A stretch of 61,002 nucleotides of DNA. Source: a virus. The notes under the pieces are model-generated. The model saw nothing but the letters and a program-made list of their open reading frames with translations. It did not search any database and was not told the origin of the DNA. The position numbers were made by a program, and so were the translations under genes. Shown piece after piece: positions 49,648 to 57,094 of this stretch. The first letter of the stretch is position 1. Every line of letters begins with the position of its first letter. The stretch lies in IMG/VR virus record IMGVR_UViG_3300028841_000403; one strand, given 5' to 3'.

Positions 49648-50852
49648 CACCTGGCCTCCCTGGTCCCCGGCAGCGCCTCCAGCCAGGCCACCCTGGCGAC
49701 GGCATGCGCCCAAAGGGATCCGCGGGCCCGCTCCTGCAACACGGGGCTGCTCGCCAGCTGGCGCAGGCCCTCGTCCACCTCGCGGGCGACGGCGCCCTGC
49801 CCTGCCGGGCTGAGCCCGCGCTCCAGCGCCTTCAGCCGGGCCACCGCCAGGTCCTTGGCCTCCGCGTGAAGCCGCCGCGCCGAATCGGCGTCCGGGAACT
49901 CCGGGCCCGCCAGGAGGTGCAGCCATGGGGGTGCTCCGTCCCCGCGCGTCGTCCGCCTGGGCCGCGGCGGGCCTTGGCGGCGCCGATGGTCTCGACGGGC
50001 ATGCCTGAGCCAGAGCTTCACCCGTTCCCCGAAGCCGCGGCTCCTGGCGGCCGCCATCACGAGCGCGATGGGCCGCTCCACCCAGCCGGGCTCGAAGGCC
50101 AGCAGGTCCATGGCGCGCTTGATGTCCTTCAGCACCTCCCGGCAAGCCTCCTCGTTCGAGACCAGGTTCTGCCGGCGGATCCCGTTCACCACGGAGCGGA
50201 TCCCTGGCTCGTCCGCCCCGACCTTGCGGAGCTGCTCCGCCACCCGCTGTTCGGCTTCGGTTCCCTCCGCAGCAGCCTTCCCCGGCCGCAGGCCGTCATG
50301 GGCCCCCTCCTGGGGGCATGGGGGATTCATGCTTTCCAGACGAAGAGGATTAACAGGCGAAGCCTGTAATCCCTTCGGGGGAGAGGGACATTTTGTCCTT
50401 TGGGCAGGCTTCGCCCCGAAGCAAGGAAGGGCCTCTCCCAGGCGGTAGACCGCGGCGAGGCGCCGCCCATGGCAGGCCGCTTCCACCAGCACCAGGATCC
50501 CGCTGGCCAGGAGCCGGGGAACCTCCCGGTTCACGGATCGGACCGAGCACCCTCCCCTGTCGGCGAGCTGCGCCGCTGTGAAGTCCAGGGCCTTGGCGCC
50601 TCGGGCCTGCCTGGCAACCCAGGCTTCGACCGCCAGGCGCACCGCCCTGCCCACCTCAGCCGCCACCAGGCGTTCGTGGATCCCCTCCACCCAGGAGGCG
50701 GCCCGCTTCTGGTAGGGCACCGGCCTCTGGACAAGGGCCTTCGATTCTTCGCGCCGGCGGATCCTTGAGGCTGCATGAGCCTCCGAGGGCCGGGACAAGG
50801 GGCGCATCTTCCCCTTGGAGGCAAAGCCTCCCTGCTGCGCTTTTTCACGCAT
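49644..50852 (-). CDS. Rep-like protein with an N-terminal winged-helix domain (candidate replication initiator)
   Basis: 402 aa. ...DFTAAQLADRGGCSVRSVNREVPRLLASGILVLVE... is a wHTH pattern. It lies next to palindromes, an AT-rich stretch and iteron-like repeats. Function is inferred from context only. Confidence 0.45.
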   Translation of the reverse strand: MREKAQQGGFASKGKMRPLSRPSEAHAASRIRRREESKALVQRPVPYQKRAASWVEGIHERLVAAEVGRAVRLAVEAWVARQARGAKALDFTAAQLADRGGCSVRSVNREVPRLLASGILVLVEAACHGRRLAAVYRLGEALPCFGAKPAQRTKCPSPPKGLQASPVNPLRLESMNPPCPQEGAHDGLRPGKAAAEGTEAEQRVAEQLRKVGADEPGIRSVVNGIRRQNLVSNEEACREVLKDIKRAMDLLAFEPGWVERPIALVMAAARSRGFGERVKLWLRHARRDHRRRQGPPRPRRTTRGDGAPPWLHLLAGPEFPDADSARRLHAEAKDLAVARLKALERGLSPAGQGAVAREVDEGLRQLASSPVLQERARGSLWAHAVARVAWLEALPGTREARC

Positions 50853-50865
50853 TCGTTTTTTCTCC

Positions 50866-50882
50866 GTTTGGTGACACCAAAC
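50866..50882. promoter_or_regulatory. 17-bp perfect palindrome GTTTGGTGaCACCAAAC, 14 nt 5' of the rep-like start
   Basis: Read directly from the sequence. Half-site-like CCGTTTGG recurs at about 50960 and GTTGGTG at about 51003. Confidence 0.6.
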
Positions 50883-51027
50883 GCTTGCAGGCAGAGGCCT
50901 AGCGCCCTATTCTTAGGGCGTGGTCACCACCGACCCGCGGTTGGCAGTCTTTCCAGTTGTCCGTTTGGATTCGCCGCTGGGTTCCCAGGTCCGTCACAAC
51001 CTGTTGGTGTCTGACCTCCCTTTGAAG

Positions 51028-51056
51028 AGGCCCGGTTCACGCCGGGCCTTCGTTTT
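51028..51056 (+). terminator. Rho-independent terminator (plus-strand orientation) with no upstream plus-strand CDS
   Basis: aggcccgg ttcacg ccgggcct followed by tcgtttt. The T-run is on the plus strand only. Confidence 0.6.
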
Positions 51057-51077
51057 GAGTGAATCCCCACTCTAGGG

Positions 51078-51094
51078 CCTTGCGTCACGCAAGG
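51078..51094. promoter_or_regulatory. 17-bp perfect palindrome CCTTGCGTcACGCAAGG (operator family TTGCG-N3-CGCAA)
   Basis: Read directly from the sequence. It lies between the terminator and the AT-rich/iteron region. Confidence 0.6.
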
Positions 51095-51204
51095 CAAGAG
51101 GGGTTTAGATGGAGCTAGGGCTAGAAGAACTCACCCAGGAAAGATAGAGACTTAAAACGCCGCGAACAAGAGAAAAGCCGCGCCGTTGCTCACTTTCTGC
51201 AAGT

Positions 51205-51415
51205 GCAGTTGCTCAGGTGAGTGCCCGATTACGCGCCCAGGTAGACGCCTGCCCGCCTAGCTACACGCATACTCACCCGCGCGGCTACGCGCTTAGGTGA
51301 GCACCCGCCTAGGTGCTTAGGTAGCCGGGCGAGTGCGTAGCTGGGTGGGTAGTTGCCCAGGCGGGTAAGCGCCCAGGCAGTCGCCCGAGTGGTCGCCCGT
51401 GTAGTCGGGCGACTA
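51205..51415. repeat. Iteron-like array of about 10 degenerate short direct repeats (AGGT[GA]..[GC]CCCG type)
   Basis: caggtgagtgcccg, caggtagacgcctgcccg, ttaggtgagcacccg, ctaggtgcttaggtagccggg, caggcgggtaagcgccc, caggcagtcgcccg, agtggtcgcccg, tgtagtcgggcg. The array is non-coding and sits between rep and parA. Confidence 0.5.
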
Positions 51416-51521
51416 CAATTGTAAGTGCAATTGTACAATTGCACCCGTGTATCCTTGCACAATTGCGCCCGACTACCATACTGAACGGGCAAACTTGTGC
51501 ACTTGTAGCCGGGTGCAATTG
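51416..51521. repeat. Cluster of five CAATTG-centred palindromic sites upstream of parA (centromere/operator candidate)
   Basis: CAATTG at 51416, 51428, 51436, 51460 and 51516, in contexts such as GTGCAATTGTAC, TACAATTGCAC and GGTGCAATTGTAA. Confidence 0.65.
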
Positions 51522-51546
51522 TAAAAGTGCAGTCCTCGGAGAGCGT

Positions 51547-52200
51547 ATGAACGCCAAGAAGAAGACGACTCAACAGGCCCCGCGTGTCTATGTGGTGGCG
51601 AACCTGAAGGGCGGGGTAGGGAAGAGCAGCATCTCCGCGAACCTCGCCTGCCTCCTCGCCGAAACCAAGGAAGTGGTCGCGGTGGACCTCGACGGCCGGC
51701 AGGGGGACCTCAACCGCTTCGCCAAGCTGCGGAACCTCGAATCGCACATCGTCTCCGATGCCGAGGTCCTCGTGGACCTGGTGAACCAGCTCACCCAGGC
51801 CGGGAAGGATGTCGTCATAGACTGCCCGCCGGGTGAGAACCCCACCACGCGCGTGGCCTGCTACATGGCCGACGCCGTGGTCATGCCGGTGCGCCCCGGC
51901 GCGAACGACGCGGCCGCCATCGGGCGCCTCATGGCCATGGTCAAGGAGATCCGCCAGGAGCGCGACGACCTGAAGGTCTTCTCCATCTGCAACTTCTACA
52001 AGAACAGCACCGAGGCCAAGTCCATGGTGACGCTGCTCCAGCAGATGGGCGTGGCCACCTTCGTGGGCAAGCTGTGGGACCGGAAGGACTACTCCTTCGC
52101 CATCGGCAACGGCCAGCCCGTGTGGGAGGTCGCCCCCGGCAAGCCCGCGGCTGAGGAGATGAGGTCCCTGTGCGAGGCCCTCGAAAGGATGGTGGCCTGA
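51547..52200 (+). CDS. parA: ParA partition ATPase (small, type Ib-like, no N-terminal HTH)
   Basis: 217 aa from the ATG at 51547. It has a deviant Walker A (NLKGGVGKSS) and ...DVVIDCPPG.... Confidence 0.85.
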   Translation: MNAKKKTTQQAPRVYVVANLKGGVGKSSISANLACLLAETKEVVAVDLDGRQGDLNRFAKLRNLESHIVSDAEVLVDLVNQLTQAGKDVVIDCPPGENPTTRVACYMADAVVMPVRPGANDAAAIGRLMAMVKEIRQERDDLKVFSICNFYKNSTEAKSMVTLLQQMGVATFVGKLWDRKDYSFAIGNGQPVWEVAPGKPAAEEMRSLCEALERMVA

Positions 52201-52748
52201 TGAATCGATCTCGTGCCCTTTCCAAGGACGATCTTCTCCGGCTGGCGGGGCAGGGGGAGGAGCACCGCGCCACCATGAACAGCTCTCCCGCTCCCGAGCC
52301 GCAGGGCAGGGCAGGGGGCCCAGCGCCGGCGACCGCCGCCCCCGACACCCCGCCAGCCCCGCCGACCCCTCCTTCTTCAGCGCCGCGCGCCGCGGTTGCG
52401 GCGCCGACTCCGCCCGCGCCTCGCGTCCAGGTCCCGCCGCGCCCCGAAGAGCCCGAGCCGTTCCTCGAGGATGAACCGCCAGCGGAGTCTTTCACCTCCG
52501 AGCAGCCCCGCGCGGGCCTGCCGCGCCTTCGTAGGGTAGGCCTCCGCTCGGATCCGAAGTGGACGCAGAAAACCGTCTACCTTCGAAGAATCAACATCGC
52601 CGCCGCCGAAACCATCGCTGACGCCCTCGGAATCGAGTTCAGCGAGCTGATCGACTACGCCCTCACCGTCCAGGTGATGCCCGAGACCCGGAGCGAAGGC
52701 CTGGCCGACATGCTCTCCCGTCTCCGCCAGGAGAAGCCCCGCTTCTGA
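52200..52748 (+). CDS. ParG/ParB-like centromere-binding protein (disordered Pro/Ala N-part, RHH-like C-terminus)
   Basis: 182 aa. Its ATG overlaps the parA stop (TGATG). The C-terminus is ...KTVYLRRINIAAAETIADALGIEFSELIDYALTVQV. Confidence 0.55.
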   Translation: MNRSRALSKDDLLRLAGQGEEHRATMNSSPAPEPQGRAGGPAPATAAPDTPPAPPTPPSSAPRAAVAAPTPPAPRVQVPPRPEEPEPFLEDEPPAESFTSEQPRAGLPRLRRVGLRSDPKWTQKTVYLRRINIAAAETIADALGIEFSELIDYALTVQVMPETRSEGLADMLSRLRQEKPRF

Positions 52749-52755
52749 CCGGGTG

Positions 52756-52785
52756 CAATTGCACACCGGCACCCGTGTGCAATTG
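52756..52785. repeat. Two further CAATTG palindromes immediately downstream of the par operon
   Basis: GTGCAATTGCAC (a perfect 12-mer, 52753..52764) and GTGCAATTGTGG (52777..52788). The flanks ccgggtgcaattg and cacccgtgt also occur in the upstream cluster. Confidence 0.65.
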
Positions 52786-52870
52786 TGGCCGGGCACCAGG
52801 GCAGGGTAGGGGGCTGGCCTTGCGCAAGCCCGCGCCGATAGAATCAGCGCCACGCCATCGAGGAGGCCCA

Positions 52871-53443
52871 GTGGATCCCGTCTCGCCCTCCAGCCAACCC
52901 ATCCAGCGCAAGGGCAGGGGGCTCCTCATCGGAGGCCTTGTCCTCGCCGGCGTCCTCCTGCTCGGAGGCTTCGCCGCCTTCGCCGCGAGCCAGAAGGATG
53001 AGCCGACCCTCCAGGGCCCCGCCCTGCTCCAGGCCTACTCCACCTGGCGCGGCAGCCTGGTGGCGCCGGTCCGCGCCGATGACGACCACTGGCTCACCAT
53101 CCACACCATGCCCGTTGAGCCCAAAGACAGGCTCGAGGCCTCCGCCGATGAGGCGAGGGATCGGCTGAAGGCTCTCCAGGAGCAGCTCGGCGCCGTGAAG
53201 CCGGCCTTCGGTTTCTCCGTGGCCCAGGGCATCCAGCTCGACCAGGCCCAGCAGGCGTTCCAGGACCTCTTCAAGGCGCGCGCCGACTTCTACTTCCACC
53301 TGGCCATGGCCGCGAAGCATTCGGCGAACCCGTACTTCATGGACGAGGTGACCGCGGACGAGGCCAAGGCCAGCAAGGCGCACGACGCCGCCTGGGATCA
53401 GCTCCGGGCCCTGGACCAGCAGTTCGGATTCACAGGGAAGTAG
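52871..53443 (+). CDS. Membrane-anchored hypothetical protein
   Basis: 190 aa from the GTG at 52871 (GGAGGAGG SD). The TM segment is LLIGGLVLAGVLLLGGFAAFAA. Confidence 0.45.
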   Translation: MDPVSPSSQPIQRKGRGLLIGGLVLAGVLLLGGFAAFAASQKDEPTLQGPALLQAYSTWRGSLVAPVRADDDHWLTIHTMPVEPKDRLEASADEARDRLKALQEQLGAVKPAFGFSVAQGIQLDQAQQAFQDLFKARADFYFHLAMAAKHSANPYFMDEVTADEAKASKAHDAAWDQLRALDQQFGFTGK

Positions 53444-53507
53444 GGCTTCCACAAGTCCACGGCTTTCAATATTTAGCTTGCGATAATGGCAGTTTCCGCA
53501 AGCTGAA

Positions 53508-53542
53508 GCCCTCCAGAAGCCCCGTGGCGGGGCCTGGAGGGC
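53508..53542. terminator. GC-rich stem-loop between convergent genes (putative terminator)
   Basis: gccctccag aa gccccg tgg cggggc ctggagggc, giving 9+6 bp of pairing. There is no clear T-run. Confidence 0.4.
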
Positions 53543-53589
53543 TCTCTGGCGCGTCGGCGGCGCTCCCGAGGGTGTCGGGGTGGCCTGGC

Positions 53590-54006
53590 TCAGCGGCCCG
53601 GCTTCCAGTCCTTGGGGAGCCCGCAGGCCTCCAGCACCCGGCCGATGTAGACCTGGGAGACGCTCACCCCGTTCTCGGCCTGCGCCACGCGGGACTGGGT
53701 GATGCCCATGCGCTCGGCCAGGGCCATCTGCGTCAGCCCGGCCTTGGATCGCGCGGCCTTCAGGGAGCGCGCGATGGTGTTCAGCATGAAGGGCTCGGCC
53801 TCAACAACGGGCCGGGCCTTGCGGGCGCCGCCCTTCACGACCTTCACCTCCACGCCGGCGCGCCTGTTCCCGCGCACATTCAGCAGGGACGCCAGCTGCT
53901 CCATCGGCAGCATCACGAAGTCCTGGTTCTTCACTCGGATCACCGATCCGTGGACCTTCTCAAGGTCCTTCTTGCTCAACAGCCCGACCATAGCGGGTCC
54001 TTTCAT
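53590..54006 (-). CDS. higA: HigA-like antitoxin (C-terminal XRE HTH)
   Basis: 138 aa; an alternative ATG at 53991 has a better SD. ...LKAARSKAGLTQMALAERMGITQSRVAQAENG.... It lies 3' of a RelE/HigB-like toxin. Confidence 0.65.
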   Translation of the reverse strand: MKGPAMVGLLSKKDLEKVHGSVIRVKNQDFVMLPMEQLASLLNVRGNRRAGVEVKVVKGGARKARPVVEAEPFMLNTIARSLKAARSKAGLTQMALAERMGITQSRVAQAENGVSVSQVYIGRVLEACGLPKDWKPGR

Positions 54007-54038
54007 AAATTGGATGGTGGTGGTGCTCTGGCCCTGCC

Positions 54039-54293
54039 CTACTCCTCGTAGACCTCCTTGCGGTGCTTGATCCGCACGATGAGGATGTCTGGCTTCTGCT
54101 CTTTGAAAATCACCCGCCAGTCGCCCGTGCGGATGCGGTAGTGCCCTTTCCAGTCGTGGCTCAGGGCCTTCGCGCCTGAGACATTTGGCCAGTTCTTCAA
54201 CTTCTCCACGACCTTGAGCACTCGAGCCTGCATGCCCAGCGGCAGGTCGGAGAAGTCGTCTTGGCCATCGGGGGAGATGAGAACTTTTACCAT
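54039..54293 (-). CDS. higB: RelE/ParE-superfamily toxin in the HigB arrangement (toxin first)
   Basis: 84 aa. ...HDWKGHYRIRTGDWRVIFKEQKPDILIVRIKHRKEVY is a typical RelE-fold C-terminus. Confidence 0.7.
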   Translation of the reverse strand: MVKVLISPDGQDDFSDLPLGMQARVLKVVEKLKNWPNVSGAKALSHDWKGHYRIRTGDWRVIFKEQKPDILIVRIKHRKEVYEE

Positions 54294-54294
54294 G

Positions 54295-54318
54295 CCATAA
54301 TATTACATCATATTATGG
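54295..54318. promoter_or_regulatory. AT-rich inverted repeat abutting the toxin start (toxin-antitoxin operator/promoter candidate)
   Basis: ccataatat - tacatc - atattatgg, with 9-bp perfect arms. It is a local AT island in a GC-rich genome. Confidence 0.55.
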
Positions 54319-54347
54319 CCACACGCAAGGGGAACTTTCCGGGTTCT

Positions 54348-55334
54348 TCAGGCCGGGCGGCGCCGCCGCTTCAGGTCCTCTGAAAGCATGGTGCTCACCT
54401 CCGCCGTCACCGCCTTGCGGTTGTCGTCGTAGCGCTCCACCATGTCGAACTTCTGGTGCCGGCTGAACTTCTTCGCCGTCCGCATGTCCCCGTTCGTGGA
54501 CTCGAGCACCTGTGTGATGGCCGTGTGGCGCAGCCCGTGGGGGCGCGTCCTGAAGCCGAGCTTGTGCCCCAGCTCCCTCACGAGGTCGTAGATGGCGCTT
54601 CCCGAAAGGGGCTCCCGCCAATCGTCCGGACTCGCGTTGTCCAGCCGCACGAAGAGCGCGCCTTCCCAGTCCCCGCGGACGGCGATCCAGGACCTCAGCG
54701 CGTCCGCGGTCCCGCGGCCGATGGGAATGGGCTGCGGCTCGCTTCGCCCTTTCCCTTTGATCCACACCTCGCCGCGTCCTTTCCCATCCACATTCACCTG
54801 GCGCGGGAACTGGATCGCGGCCACCTCGCCGCGGCGAAGGCCGAGGTCGTAGAGCAGGTGCAGGATGGCCGTGTCGCGCGCGGCCTTCGATTCATCCTCC
54901 TGGGCCTGCGCCGCCTCCATCATGCTGGCCACGCGATCCGGGCCAGGCCCCGCGGTGTCCTTGAGCGCGATCACCTTGGGAGGCCTCACCTCCACGGTCC
55001 AGCTGCAGAAGCCCAGGATCCTCGCCACGCGCACGAGGCGCCGAAGGCTGGCGATGCGCCGCGCGACCGTCGCCGGCGCCTTCCCATCCTCCTGCTGCGC
55101 CATCCGGAAGCTGGCGATCATCGCGTTGCCGCCCACCGGCCCCGCCGAGATGAGGCTCGCTGCCGCGGCCCTGATGCTCGGGGCTTTCAGGAAGAGGCGG
55201 AAGGCCTCCGCGTCCCTCGTGTAGGCTTCTCGGCTGGCATCCGCGAGCTCCGACATCACCACCTGCCACAGGCGCTCGATGTCCTGGATAGCTGAGGTCG
55301 CGAGCCCACCGTGCGGCTGGGGATCCATGAGCAT
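54348..55334 (-). CDS. Tyrosine recombinase (phage integrase / XerCD-like)
   Basis: 328 aa from the ATG at 55334; the track ORF reaches 55403. ...LLYDLGLRRGEVAAIQ..., ...HGLRHTAITQVLE... and ...VERYDD indicate the R..HxxR..Y catalytic set. Confidence 0.8.
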   Translation of the reverse strand: MLMDPQPHGGLATSAIQDIERLWQVVMSELADASREAYTRDAEAFRLFLKAPSIRAAAASLISAGPVGGNAMIASFRMAQQEDGKAPATVARRIASLRRLVRVARILGFCSWTVEVRPPKVIALKDTAGPGPDRVASMMEAAQAQEDESKAARDTAILHLLYDLGLRRGEVAAIQFPRQVNVDGKGRGEVWIKGKGRSEPQPIPIGRGTADALRSWIAVRGDWEGALFVRLDNASPDDWREPLSGSAIYDLVRELGHKLGFRTRPHGLRHTAITQVLESTNGDMRTAKKFSRHQKFDMVERYDDNRKAVTAEVSTMLSEDLKRRRRPA

Positions 55335-55359
55335 GATTCTAGGCCCTTTTCTCCAGGGC

Positions 55360-55650
55360 TCAACCGGCCGTGTAGAGGGCGCGTTCCAGCTCTTCCCTTG
55401 CAACGGCGGGCAGATTCTCGTGCACGAGGTCCAGGAAGGCCTGCTCCGTGCCTGACTCGTCTCCCAGCTCGATCCCCTGGAAGAGCAGGCCCCACAAGGG
55501 CCGGATGGCGCTCAGAGGGCTCACGCCCATCATTTCGCTGGCCGCAAGGGCAGCCACCACCTGGTGCCGGACCGGCATCTCAGCCCCACAGATCCTCACG
55601 AAGGCCGAGAGTTTCTCGATCTGAGGGGGCTGAAGGGGCGCGGCCAGCAT
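55360..55650 (-). CDS. Hypothetical protein upstream of the recombinase
   Basis: 96 aa; no family recognised. Confidence 0.4.
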   Translation of the reverse strand: MLAAPLQPPQIEKLSAFVRICGAEMPVRHQVVAALAASEMMGVSPLSAIRPLWGLLFQGIELGDESGTEQAFLDLVHENLPAVAREELERALYTAG

Positions 55651-55776
55651 CGGGGTTTCCTTTGGGCGGGGCGTTCGATTTTATTTCGTGTGGCGGGTAG
55701 TTCCCAGGGGAGATTTCCAAGCGCCTCAACTCTCTAAAACCCTTTGTCGGACAAGGAGTTTTCAGCGCGAAGCGTG

Positions 55777-55805
55777 TTGACTGAGGCTCCCTCGGCTGGT
55801 AGCTT
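55777..55805 (+). promoter_or_regulatory. Candidate sigma70-type promoter (-35 TTGACT, 17 bp, -10 TAGCTT) for the plus-strand moron cassette
   Basis: Read from the sequence. It is followed by the palindrome TGTCGGTcaACCGACA (about 55820..55835). A related TTGTCGGACAA lies at about 55744. Confidence 0.4.
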
Positions 55806-55853
55806 AGGGGTGTCCATTCTGTCGGTCAACCGACATGAACGCAAGGGGTTCAT

Positions 55854-56438
55854 TTGGTCCGCGAGTTCGGAATCGAGGCGATTCAGCCTGTCCGGCTTCT
55901 GGCCATGCTTCGCGTCCGCGGAATGACCGTCGAGCATCTCTCCAGGCTCTCCGGGATCTCGGACCGGACCATCAACCGCATCAACCAGGATCCGAGCTAC
56001 TCGCCGCAGGATGGCACATGGGTGAAGCTCGCCCACATCCTGCGCTGCGACAAAGACTGGCTCTCGAAGGGCGAAGGCGCGCCCATGAACACCCCGGATG
56101 GCCGCGTGGCCCTCATCATGGCCGCGAAGGGATGGGATGCGGAAGACCTGCACCAGGCCATCAAGGGAAGCGTTCCGCTCGAGACTATCCGCGAATTCCT
56201 CGACGGCCACCTGCCTGTGGATGAGCAGACCTCCATCCAGGTCAGCCTCTACGCCAGCGTGCTCGACTCCGATGCGCGCTGGATCCTCTACGGCTCCAGC
56301 CCCAATAGCTCCAGCGCCTCGCGTCCATTCAAGGAAACCGTCCGCCTTGCCGAAGCGGTGAAGGAAGCTCTTCCTGGCGGCGTGGACGCGGACAAGATCG
56401 CCCTCAAGATCGTGGACCTCTACTTCCGGAAGAACTGA
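55854..56438 (+). CDS. XRE-family HTH DNA-binding protein (two HTH-like segments)
   Basis: 194 aa from the TTG at 55854 (AAGGGG upstream). ...LRVRGMTVEHLSRLSGISDRTINRINQD... and a second segment ...MAAKGWDAEDLHQAIKGSVPLETIREFLDG.... Confidence 0.6.
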   Translation: MVREFGIEAIQPVRLLAMLRVRGMTVEHLSRLSGISDRTINRINQDPSYSPQDGTWVKLAHILRCDKDWLSKGEGAPMNTPDGRVALIMAAKGWDAEDLHQAIKGSVPLETIREFLDGHLPVDEQTSIQVSLYASVLDSDARWILYGSSPNSSSASRPFKETVRLAEAVKEALPGGVDADKIALKIVDLYFRKN

Positions 56439-56458
56439 CCCCCTCCCAAAGGAGCGCC

Positions 56459-57094
56459 ATGCGCCGCCTCTTCTTCACCCTCATCTTCATCTTCGGCGCG
56501 GCCTTCGCGCCGGCACAGGCCCAGGACATCAGCGCCCTCGCCGCCCAGGGCCCTGGCCAGAACCTCATCAGCGATGCCGCCGGATCGCAGATGGTGTCCG
56601 CTTGGGGCGCGTCCATCGCCCGCCCCGGCAACATCCGCGGCTCCTACCTCTGGTCCGCCGCCACCATGAAGGCCCTGCTCGCCACGCCGGGCGCCGCGGA
56701 GGTCCGCTTCCACCTGGCGCTGAACTCCTCCTGCGACTTCACCATCCATCCCGAGGTGCTGGACGCCAACGGCAACAGCCTCGCCTGGGGGCCCGTGGAT
56801 GTCGCCTCCGGCATCAGCATCACGGCCGCGACGGCGCAGGCCAACTCCGCCAGCTGGGCCGCGACCAAGATGAAGCCCATCAACGCGCCCAACTCCCTCA
56901 CCTATCCCGCCAGCGCCTTCGCGTGGCTCCTCTCGCTGCCTGGCGCCGCGCAGCTCCGCCTCAGCCCCGGCATCAACAACAGCGGCAACCTCACGCTCGT
57001 CGGCCAGGCCCTCGACGCCTCGGGCACGCCCATCACCACCAGCAACGCAATCGCCACCATTGACGGCGGCACCCCCTGCCCTCCGGCCTGCTGA
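56459..57094 (+). CDS. Secreted protein with an internal two-fold repeat
   Basis: 211 aa. The signal peptide is MRRLFFTLIFIFGAAFAPAQAQD. The repeat ...LLATPGAAEVRFHLALNSSCDFTIHPEVLDANGNSL... matches ...LLSLPGAAQLRLSPGINNSGNLTLVGQALDASGTPI.... Confidence 0.6.
   Translation: MRRLFFTLIFIFGAAFAPAQAQDISALAAQGPGQNLISDAAGSQMVSAWGASIARPGNIRGSYLWSAATMKALLATPGAAEVRFHLALNSSCDFTIHPEVLDANGNSLAWGPVDVASGISITAATAQANSASWAATKMKPINAPNSLTYPASAFAWLLSLPGAAQLRLSPGINNSGNLTLVGQALDASGTPITTSNAIATIDGGTPCPPAC

Noticed and set aside
50918-51056. A tRNA or tmRNA-like gene in the rep-parA gap, suggested by the gggttccc segment and the terminal hairpin.
   Set aside because: I could fold no cloverleaf. The GGGTTCCCAGG segment would give a 2-nt loop rather than a 7-nt T-loop, and there is no acceptor-stem complementarity. 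I kept it only as a possible small-RNA locus.
52819-53504. Additional CTTGCG/CGCAAG inverted repeats (CTTGCGCAAG at 52819..52828, and agcttgcg-N14-cgcaagct at 53475..53504) as further operator sites.
   Set aside because: Their arm spacing (0 and 14 nt) differs from the N3 spacing shared by the six confident sites. The second also forms a plain hairpin next to a terminator-like stem-loop. Both are too ambiguous to include in the operator family.
55334-55346. A fifth, inverted copy of the late motif near the recombinase start (minus strand GAAAAGGGCCTAG).
   Set aside because: It matches the core only partially (GGGCCTAG versus GGGCTTTAG) and lies in the opposite orientation to the other four copies. 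It overlaps the likely ribosome-binding region, so I treat it as coincidental.
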